Positions 9,665 through 17,835 of a DNA stretch of 64,000 nt are shown here, piece after piece. The stretch lies in contig CAWDTA010000003.1 in NCBI GenBank assembly GCA_963805085.1, forward strand, positions 1 to 64,000, read 5' to 3'. Every line of letters begins with the position of its first letter. Within the stretch, counting starts at the first letter, position 1. Source of the stretch: an uncultured Veillonellaceae bacterium (GTDB lineage: Bacteria; Bacillota; Negativicutes; JARBTT01). The notes under the pieces were generated by a model. That model searched no databases. It was not told the DNA's origin and saw nothing but the letters and a program-made list of their open reading frames with translations. The translations under genes and the position numbers were made by a program.

Positions 9665-11590
9665 AGAAAACGTCAATATAGAAAATAAAGATAATACGTA
9701 TAATGCAGAGGAAAAACATGAATTCAAACAAAGTGGTTTGACAATAGCGCTACAAAGTCAGACCATAGATACCTATAAAAAAGTTTACGACTCAGTAGAC
9801 AGAGCTGGACAAGTTTCAGATGACCGTTTAAAAGCACTGTATGCCTATAAAGCAGATGAAGACTATAAAGACATAAAGAAACAAGAAAAAGCGGCAAAAG
9901 CTCTAAAAGAACAACAAGAAGCAGAAGAAGCAAAAAAACAAGAAGAAGCAAAAAATAAACAGGGGCAGATAAAAACGCTAAAGATGGAGCAGAGAAAAAA
10001 CCAGCAGAAAAAAGTGATATCTCCATCAGTGTAAGTCTAGGAACAAGTAAATCCGAAAGCAGCTCAACCAGCCAAACAACAGCTGCGCAAGGCAGCAGTA
10101 TCACAGGCGGAAATAATGTAAAGATCACGGCAACAAAAGAAGATATCAAAGTCAAAGGCTCAGATATCACCGGAGAAAATGTAACCTTAGATGCCAAGAA
10201 AAATATCGAAATCACCGCCAGTGAAAACAAAAATGTAAGCAACTCTGACAGCAAAAGTAGCTCAGCAAGTATCGGAGCAAGTATAAACTTAGGTGATGGC
10301 AGTATTGGCGGACTCAATGTAAGTGGTAGCAAACAAACAGGAGAAATCAAAGAAAACTCCACCACCTATAACCAAAGTACAGTTACAGCCAATGACAACT
10401 TAACCATGAACTCTGGTAAAGATACGGATATCAAAGGGTCAAAAGTAAGTGGGGATAAAGTCAAAGTAGATGCAGGAGAAAATCTAAACCTAGAAAGCCT
10501 GCAAGACAAAGAAACCTATGATGAGAAAAACAGCTCAGCTGGTGGAACGATCGGTGTAGGTACGTTCAATGCATCAGCAAGTAAAGGAAAAATAAACTCA
10601 GACTATGAAAGCGTAACCAAGCAAGCCGAAATCCATGCAGGACAAGGCGGCTTCGATATCGAAGTAGGCAAAAATACCGATCTAAAAGGTGCGGTCATTT
10701 CGAGCGATGCTACGCCAGATAAGAATAAGGTCAGCACAGATACGCTGACTTTCTCCAATATGGAAAACAGAGCTAAATATAACTCAAGTAATACGGGGCG
10801 AAGTTATAACACAGATCCTAAGGCTAAATTAAATGAACAGGGATTTATTCCTACTGCTAATATGCCTGTATCTGGTGATGCAGATAGTACAACAAAGTCG
10901 GCTATTTCTCCTGGTACAATTGAAATAAGGAGTAATCCAAGTCAAGATATTTCTGGTCTTAGTCGAGATACTACTAATTCATTAAATGCTTTAGGTAAAA
11001 TATTTGACAAAGAAACGGTTAAAGAACGACAGGAGTTAGCAGGTTTATTTGGTCAAGTAGCATTTGAAGAAATTCATAAGTTAAGTGTAAAGAATGGGTG
11101 GAAAGATGGAGATCCTCAGAAAGTAGCACTCCATGCTCTAGTTGGTGGAATAATGTCTGAACTTACTGGAAGTGGTTTTACAGCTGGTGCTGAAGGCGCA
11201 GGCTTCAATGAACTTGTACAGAAGGAATTGTCGAAGATTACAGATCCTGCACTCCGTCAGTGGGCCAGCTATATTATCAGCTCTTCCACCGGTACAGCAG
11301 GTCGCGTTGCTGCGTTATATGGAACGAAGTATAATGATTTATGGGAGTCGACGAAACAATGGGCTGTGCAAGCTAGTGTAGATAGCGCTGCAGCGTTTGC
11401 TGCGTATAACACCGCAATTGCAGCGGGACTTTCTCCTTCAGAGGCAAGTTTTGCAGTAATTACTACAGGGGCAGTTTTATCTATTAGCGATAATGAGTAT
11501 AATTGGAGCGCTGCTATTGTTAAGTATTGTACTGAGTTAAAGTTTGATAAAGATGAAGAGGACCCAATACAGAGAAATAGAGCTTTTTGA
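9665..11590 (+). pseudogene. orphan cdiA 3' cassette (homology arm plus alternative C-terminal tip), frameshifted
   Basis: 9665-10728 nearly duplicates 5254-6318, with a 1-bp deletion near 9960 (AAACAGGGG versus AAACAAGGGG). The sequence then diverges and has GTKYNDL at the VENN-equivalent position followed by a short Ala-rich tip. Confidence 0.85.
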
Positions 11591-11713
11591 GAACACATAA
11601 GACTAGTATTTGATGGTCATATCCTTTATGGTGAAATTATTTCAGTACATTAGGAATAGTTTGAAATACTGATGAAAAGTAGTAGTAATCTTACTATGAA
11701 AGGGGCATAATGA

Positions 11714-11962
11714 TTGAAAAAATGGCTTAATATTAGAAAGCTTGGTATGATTGATATCCTATTTTATATTGTAATAAGTTTGGTAGGTGTCTGTAATTTG
11801 AATCACACATTGGCTTATGCATTTGTATTATTTTCGTATGCAATTTTGTGGTTTGTTAGGTTGCCTCAGTATGAAGGTAGATTTAAAATGTTTATTTTCT
11901 TTTTTTCGGTTTTTATATTGTTTGTTGCATTTTATCAAATTTTTCATATTGTAATGAGTTGA
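11714..11962 (+). CDS. small membrane protein, probable immunity protein of the orphan tip
   Basis: 82 aa with about three hydrophobic segments, AGGGG RBS, and the position after the orphan toxin tip. Confidence 0.6.
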   Translation: MKKWLNIRKLGMIDILFYIVISLVGVCNLNHTLAYAFVLFSYAILWFVRLPQYEGRFKMFIFFFSVFILFVAFYQIFHIVMS

Positions 11963-12010
11963 GAGCCGTCTTTTTTGACTCATGTAATTATGGATAATCA
12001 TATAGACAAG

Positions 12011-12378
12011 GTGACAGTTTTCAATGCTTCAAAAATTGGACACTGTCCCTATGGGAAAATAGGTAAATAAAAACGAGGTCAACGGACGTAAAAAATCCGT
12101 TAACCTTTTTTCATTTCAGGTGTTTTTTAGTGACACATAATTCACAGGCAATAAATTCCTATTAACAATACTATTTCAATTAATCTAGAAAATCTGAGTA
12201 ACTCTGAAATTAAAACGATTTAGACTCATTGCCTCCACAAAATGGACAACTACCTCCATAGCCATTACCAGAGCAATTAGAACAATAAGTACCACCACAG
12301 TCTTTGCATTTTTGTAATGCACCCATACAAGGGGCATCACTACCACAATTCGGACATTTTCTCACAGTATCATACATA
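12011..12378. repeat. post-immunity module copy 2
   Basis: Diverged duplicate of 8983-9351. Confidence 0.9.
12210..12377 (-). CDS. second copy of the 55-aa Cys-rich gene; ORF intact but RBS deleted
   Basis: MYDTVRKCPNCGSDAPCMGALQKCKDCGGTYCSNCSGNGYGGSCPFCGGNESKSF. The ATG abuts cdiA-derived sequence, so the GGAGG of copy 1 is missing. Confidence 0.7.
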   Translation of the reverse strand: MYDTVRKCPNCGSDAPCMGALQKCKDCGGTYCSNCSGNGYGGSCPFCGGNESKSF

Positions 12379-12864
12379 GACAGAGCTGGACAAGTTTCAG
12401 ATGACCGTTTAAAAGCACTGTATGCCTATAAAGCAGATGAAGACTATAAAGACATAAAGAAACAAGAAAAAGCGGCAAAAGCGCTAAAAGAACAACAAGA
12501 AGCAGAAGAAGCAAAAAAACAAGAAGAAGCAAAAAATAAACAGGGGGCAGATAAAAACGCTAAAGATGGAGCAGAGAAAAAACCAGCAGAAAAAAGTGAT
12601 ATCTCCATCAGTGTAAGTCTAGGAACAAGTAAATCCGAAAGCAGCTCAACCAGCCAAACAACAGCTGCGCAAGGCAGCAGTATCACAGGCGGAAATAATG
12701 TAAAGATCACGGCAACAAAAGAAGATATCAAAGTCAAAGGCTCAGATATCACCGGAGAAAATGTAACCTTAGATGCCAAGAAAAATATCGAAATCACCGC
12801 CAGTGAAAACAAAAATGTAAGCAACTCTGACAGCAAAAGTAGCTCAGCAAGTATCGGAGCAAGT
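12378..12864 (+). pseudogene. third cdiA homology-arm fragment, truncated at both ends
   Basis: Near-identical to 5386-5872 (constant offset 6992); it ends where the REP-like hairpin begins. Confidence 0.9.
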
Positions 12865-12904
12865 GGGACAAGGGGACAGGTTTACTGTCCCACTAATAAA
12901 AAGA

Positions 12905-12913
12905 TGTTATACT
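12905..12913 (+). promoter_or_regulatory. extended -10 promoter (TGtTATACT), the probable original RAYT promoter
   Basis: Removing the IS110 places it directly before GAGGTGAT and the RAYT ATG. Confidence 0.55.
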
Positions 12914-13056
12914 AATATTGAGACTAACTATATGAAGTCAAGAAAGAAAGCTAGTTTGGCAGGAAAAATTATGAGCGTTAAAATGGGCATAGAAATATAC
13001 ACCTAAGGCTGTTTGAAATTTAGCAGAAGGCGTAAGAAAAAAACAGAAAAAGATAG

Positions 13057-14235
13057 TTAGCTTTGAGGAATAAATGAAGAATTTGTTTTGAGTAAATGAA
13101 AGACCACTCTAACAAGTTTTTTACCAACGTGGCTCATGGCAACAGTGTAATGCTTTCCTTCTGTTTTCTTTTTGCAACAATACTCCTTAAAGGTAGTATC
13201 ACGCATAGCAACTAATCGAGCTGCGACTAAGAAAGCCCAGCGTAAGTAGGTAGAACCACGTTTAACCATGGGAGTATTCCCAGCATTAAACTTACCTGAC
13301 TGATAGGTAGATGGTTCAAGACCAGCAAACGCCAAAAGCTTTGCTGGTGTAGCAAAATTAGAGATATCTCCGATTTCCGCTAAAATGATTGCACCAATTG
13401 TGTAAGAAATTCCGGGGATTGTAAGGATCGGCGGATTAATATCTTTCATAATAGCCTTAATCTGTTGATCGAGAATGTTAATTTCCTCTTGGAAGTTGTA
13501 AATTAGTCGAATGGTTTGTTGTAACTCGAAGCTAACAGAAAGACTGTTACTGCCAATGGATTTCACTGCAAGTTCACGAAGTTGTATAGCTTTCTCCCTG
13601 CCGTAATGTCCCTTGGAGTTTTCAGCAATGAGATTGGTGAGTTTGGTCAGGTGACATTGTGCAATTTCCTTGGCGGTTGGATATTTGAGTAAAAGTGCAT
13701 AGCTTGAAGCTTGATGAATAGACCATACCAGTGAATGCAGTTCTGGAAACAAAATAGTAACTAATCTTGAAATTGAAATCTTAAGACGTGACCGCAAGGA
13801 AATCAGACGGAAACGATGCCTTACTAATGACTTTAATTCTGATATCTGATAAGATACGGGTGTATAGGACTTAGAGTCATCAGAAAAGAGCATGATAGCT
13901 AAAAATCGTGCATCGGTTTTGTCGGTCTTGGTTTTTCTTAAAGTTTGTCCCTTTCGGTATAGGTTGACGTGAAGTGGATTGAAAGTTGTGATTTCAAACC
14001 CTTTAGCTTTTAAGAAATTAGTAAGATTAGTGCTGTAATGACCTGTTGATTCAAGTCCTATACGTGCGTCTAAAAGCTTTTTATTGGGTAGAAAAGAAAC
14101 AACTGTATCATAGAAAAAATCAAAGCCCTCACGGTTATTGGTAAAAGTAAAATTACTATTTAGAACAGTGCCATCGCCGTTGATAATGCAGCAATCGTGC
14201 TTGGCTGATGCAACATCAATCCCGATATAAAGCAT
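13057..14235 (-). CDS. IS110-family DEDD recombinase/transposase
   Basis: YIGIDVASAKH, GLESTGHY, KTDKTDA, TIPGIS, YQSG motifs. Start moved to ATG 14235 because of the GAGGAG RBS at 14245-14250. Confidence 0.95.
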   Translation of the reverse strand: MLYIGIDVASAKHDCCIINGDGTVLNSNFTFTNNREGFDFFYDTVVSFLPNKKLLDARIGLESTGHYSTNLTNFLKAKGFEITTFNPLHVNLYRKGQTLRKTKTDKTDARFLAIMLFSDDSKSYTPVSYQISELKSLVRHRFRLISLRSRLKISISRLVTILFPELHSLVWSIHQASSYALLLKYPTAKEIAQCHLTKLTNLIAENSKGHYGREKAIQLRELAVKSIGSNSLSVSFELQQTIRLIYNFQEEINILDQQIKAIMKDINPPILTIPGISYTIGAIILAEIGDISNFATPAKLLAFAGLEPSTYQSGKFNAGNTPMVKRGSTYLRWAFLVAARLVAMRDTTFKEYCCKKKTEGKHYTVAMSHVGKKLVRVVFHLLKTNSSFIPQS

Positions 14236-14247
14236 AAATAACAACTC

Positions 14248-14494
14248 CTCTACAAGATTAACGCTGATTTCTTTCCACAAGACTTTATGCAATATGTATC
14301 CTTGTCCGATATAAAACGTCAAAGCGTTATCTAACTAATTAACAATTAAGCATAAAGCTGTGGTTGTATCCTCAAAAAAACAGTCAACCAAAATCAGTTG
14401 CTGTAGGTGATATAACCAATCCACAGTGTTACGTTAATCTTATAGAGTTTTAGACATTTTTTAAAGAAAAGGTAATGAAAACTCTACGGTTTTC
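14248..14494 (-). ncRNA. predicted bridge RNA of IS110 element 1
   Basis: Two stem/internal-loop domains carry segments matching the flanking target (14405-14412, 14371-14375) and the circle junction (14331-14337, 14301-14305). RNA ends are approximate. Confidence 0.8.
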
Positions 14495-14512
14495 ATTATA
14501 CAAGGTGATACT

Positions 14513-15271
14513 ATGCCAAGAAAAGCTCGGGTAAAAAGTGAAACAGGAATCTATCATCTGATATGTAGGGGAATCAATAAACAAAATATATTTGAAGATG
14601 AAGAAGACAAACAAAGATTTTTAGAAACGCTTGCATATTATAAGAAATTGAGCGGTTATTTGCTATATGGATATTGTTTGATGGATAACCATATTCATTT
14701 GCTGATAAAAGAGAATAAAGAATCAATAGACCAAGTGATAAAACGAATTAGTAGTAGCTATGTATATTGGTATAATCAAAAATATCAACGATGTGGGCAT
14801 TTGTTTCAAGAGCGATATAAGAGTGAAGTTGTCGAGACAGATGCATATTTTCTTATGGTTTTGAGATACATTCATCAGAATCCGGTAAAAGCAGGAATTA
14901 CCAAAAATGTAGGTAAATATTTGTGGAGTAGTTATCAAAATTATGTCGGTATACCAGGTATTACAGATATAGAGCTTGCGTTAGAAAATTTTTCGAGTGA
15001 CAAAGCAGCGGCGACAAAATTATTTATAGAGTATACAAATGAAAACAATGCAGATGAGTGTTTGGATTGTAGAGAAAAAGTGATTGTATCCGATCAAGAA
15101 ATAATGAAATATTTAAGTGAAATGGGAATAACAACGATTAGTCAATTGCAACGATTAAATAAAGAGCAACGGGATAATGTAATCCGAAAGATAAAAGAAA
15201 AGGATGGCATTACGATAAGGCAATTAGCAAGAATAACAGGAATTTCTAAAAGTGTAATTGATAGATTGTAG
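14513..15271 (+). CDS. REP-associated tyrosine transposase (RAYT, Y1_Tnp)
   Basis: MPRKAR...YHLICRGINKQNIF, YCLMDNHIHLL (HUH), GHLFQERYKS, YIHQNPVKAG, WSSY, and a C-terminal HTH. Confidence 0.92.
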   Translation: MPRKARVKSETGIYHLICRGINKQNIFEDEEDKQRFLETLAYYKKLSGYLLYGYCLMDNHIHLLIKENKESIDQVIKRISSSYVYWYNQKYQRCGHLFQERYKSEVVETDAYFLMVLRYIHQNPVKAGITKNVGKYLWSSYQNYVGIPGITDIELALENFSSDKAAATKLFIEYTNENNADECLDCREKVIVSDQEIMKYLSEMGITTISQLQRLNKEQRDNVIRKIKEKDGITIRQLARITGISKSVIDRL

Positions 15272-15563
15272 TGGGACAACAAACCTGTCCCTCTTGTCCC
15301 TAAGATTCAGAGGACAATGAGGGGAGTAATCATTGTTCTTTTTTATACGCTAAAATCAAAATTATTACAAAAAATCCTTTGATTAATGCATAAAATGGTT
15401 TAAAATGTTAATAAAAGAAATTAACTTATTTAAAGAGTCAGCAATCGGTTCACGGATATCTGTTGCTAATAATTGGAATAAACGACCTCGCCACGAGTCT
15501 CTCTTTTTGCTCTCAATTTCAGATTGAACTATAAGTAAATCAATAAATTTTTATTGGAGATGA

Positions 15564-16325
15564 ATGCTAATGGATAATACTAAAAGATTTTCAAATAGGG
15601 TAGAAAATTATGTTAAGTTTCGTCCATCGTATCCTAGTGAAGTAATTAATTTTTTATATACTAATGTCGGTATAAACAAGGAGTCGATAATTGCTGATAT
15701 AGGCTCGGGAACCGGCATTTTCACTAAACTAATACTTACACAAAAAAACAAAGTATATGCTGTTGAACCAAATAAAAAAATGCGGGAAGCAGCCGAAACT
15801 TTGCTAAGCAAATATGAAAATTTTATATCTGTAAATGGTTCTGCGGAAAGTACGACATTAACGGCGTCATCTGTTGATTTTGTTGTTTCGGCTCAAGCAT
15901 TTCACTGGTTTGATGGACTGAAGGCTAAAAAAGAATTTTCGCGAATTCTTCATCCTAATGGGAAAGTTATATTGGTTTGGAACAGTCGTATAAAGGAAGA
16001 CAATCCACTTTTTATTGACTATGAACAGTTGCTGAATCATTACAGTAAAGACTATAAAAAGATAAATTTTGAAAAGACCAGAGATACTAAACTAGAGGAG
16101 CTTTTTCAGAATTCGTATGATACTCGTATGTTTCCAAACAACCAATATTTAAATTTCGATCAATTGAAGGGGCGTTTATTATCATTATCTTGTGCACCAT
16201 TACCAGGTGATGACGCTTATGAGCCAATGATTAACGAGTTAAAAGATATTTTTGATAAGTATAGCAACAATGGCTTTGTATTTTTTCAATACCAGACAAT
16301 GATTTGTTGGGGAAACGTTCGATAA
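15564..16325 (+). CDS. class I SAM-dependent methyltransferase
   Basis: ADIGSGTG, AVEPN and AQAFHWFD motifs. Confidence 0.9.
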   Translation: MLMDNTKRFSNRVENYVKFRPSYPSEVINFLYTNVGINKESIIADIGSGTGIFTKLILTQKNKVYAVEPNKKMREAAETLLSKYENFISVNGSAESTTLTASSVDFVVSAQAFHWFDGLKAKKEFSRILHPNGKVILVWNSRIKEDNPLFIDYEQLLNHYSKDYKKINFEKTRDTKLEELFQNSYDTRMFPNNQYLNFDQLKGRLLSLSCAPLPGDDAYEPMINELKDIFDKYSNNGFVFFQYQTMICWGNVR

Positions 16326-16465
16326 ATATCCATTGCGTAAACAATAAAATCCAGATGTGACTGGTACTGATATGCTCCTTGGCATCCTGATTTTATGAAG
16401 GATGGATAAAAATGTAAAATGTTAAGTGCGGACAGATTTAATTAAGAGCATAGAAGGAGTTTACA

Positions 16466-17602
16466 ATGCAACAAAAGCCACGAATGCTATATATTGATAA
16501 TTTAAAGTCTCTCATCATTATACTTGCCGTTTTAACACATGCCGCGGTCACATATAGCGGTATGGGAAGTTGGTATTACAAAGAACAGCCCGAGCAAGGT
16601 TTAATTTCGATGCTGTGCTTTTTTGTTTTCCAGACATTTAGCCAAGCATATTTTATGGGATTAATGTTTCTGGTAGCTGGTTATTTTGCATCGGTGTCCT
16701 ATGAACGAAAAGGATGCACAAAGTTCATTAAGGATCGTATTATCCGTTTAGGAGCTCCGACATTGCTATATATGTTAGCAATTCATCCATTTATGTACTA
16801 CTTAATTGATTGGCATAATATTAGGACACAAGCTTCGTTCATAGAATTCTACCTCAATTATGTGCTAAGTCTCCGATTTCTTGGGGGAACAGGCCCATTA
16901 TGGTTTGCCTTGGCATTACTAATCTTCTCAATAGTATATGCTCTTATTAAGGTCAGAAATTGTGAACTTCAACACTCTGATAAATCGTTTTCTGTTAAAG
17001 TAATGGTTAAACTTATTCTTCTGCTCACGACCAGTACATTTGTTGTCCGATTTGTTGAGCCACTTGATACCTCTGTTTTTAATATGCAATTATGCTATTT
17101 TGCTCAATACATTATTTTATTTTCTTTCGGTATCCATGCACATCAAAATAATTGGCTATCGAAAATTGAATATCACATTGGGAAAAAGTGTATATTAACG
17201 GCCATCGTTCCTGGAATCTTATTTTTACTAAGCATTGTTTATTTGGGGGGAGCTTTAAAGGGCAACTCAGATGCTTTTAAGGGTGGATTCCACTGGCAAA
17301 GTCTGGCGTTTAATTTTTGGGAATCGGCTACTGGGGTATGCATGTCAGTAGGGCTGATTGCTTGGTTTCGACAAAACGTTAATTGGCAGAATAAATTACT
17401 GAAAAAAATATCGGATAGTGCATTTGCTGTGTACGTCTTTCAAGCCCCTATTCTTGTTTCAGTAGCACTGGCAATGCAAATGCTGATTCTTCCTCCTATC
17501 TTAAAGTTTTTACTACTTTCCGTACTTGCGTTGCCCATAGCGTTTTTAATAGCCCAAGTTATTAAAATCATACCGCTATTTCGTACCATTACTAAATTCT
17601 GA
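16466..17602 (+). CDS. acyltransferase-3 family membrane protein
   Basis: RMLYIDNLK...H, FLVAGYF, RIIRLGAP and GPLWF motifs; multiple TM segments. Confidence 0.85.
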   Translation: MQQKPRMLYIDNLKSLIIILAVLTHAAVTYSGMGSWYYKEQPEQGLISMLCFFVFQTFSQAYFMGLMFLVAGYFASVSYERKGCTKFIKDRIIRLGAPTLLYMLAIHPFMYYLIDWHNIRTQASFIEFYLNYVLSLRFLGGTGPLWFALALLIFSIVYALIKVRNCELQHSDKSFSVKVMVKLILLLTTSTFVVRFVEPLDTSVFNMQLCYFAQYIILFSFGIHAHQNNWLSKIEYHIGKKCILTAIVPGILFLLSIVYLGGALKGNSDAFKGGFHWQSLAFNFWESATGVCMSVGLIAWFRQNVNWQNKLLKKISDSAFAVYVFQAPILVSVALAMQMLILPPILKFLLLSVLALPIAFLIAQVIKIIPLFRTITKF

Positions 17603-17835
17603 TTATTAGGTATTTAAAGGGAAAGCTTGCCGATAGAAGGTAATGACGCAAAGCCAATGATTGAGTTGATTGCAGGGTATGTAGAAGAAATGCTTGATTA
17701 ATACATTGTAATATTGAATAGTTAGATTAAAAGCAGGCTTTCAACTCTTGTTAAATTTATGTGGAAATTTGGCAGGAGTTTTTTTGTTGCGAGGCAAATG
17801 TAGCAAAATATATATTTATTTTTAGGGGGATACGC

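Larger units (their letters stand above)
12921..14504 (-). mobile_element. IS110-family element 1 (both CT cores included)
   Basis: AG (CT on minus) at 12921-12922 and 14503-14504. Joining the ends gives TTGACT-17 nt-TATAAT. No terminal inverted repeats. Confidence 0.9.
12863..15300 (+). mobile_element. REP-flanked RAYT (Y1 HUH transposase) element, interrupted by IS110
   Basis: Left GGGACAAGGGGACAGGTTTACTGTCCCAC (12865-12893) and right GTGGGACAACAAACCTGTCCCTCTTGTCCC (15271-15300) are imperfect inverted copies that flank the RAYT gene. Confidence 0.75.

Noticed and set aside
12304-12915. 203-aa ORF in the track
   Set aside because: It is a chimera of the antisense Cys-rich gene, cdiA fragment 3 and the REP hairpin, with no RBS.
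14236-14322. N-terminal extension of IS110 recombinase 1 in the ORF track
   Set aside because: It overlaps the predicted bridge RNA; the RBS supports ATG 14235.
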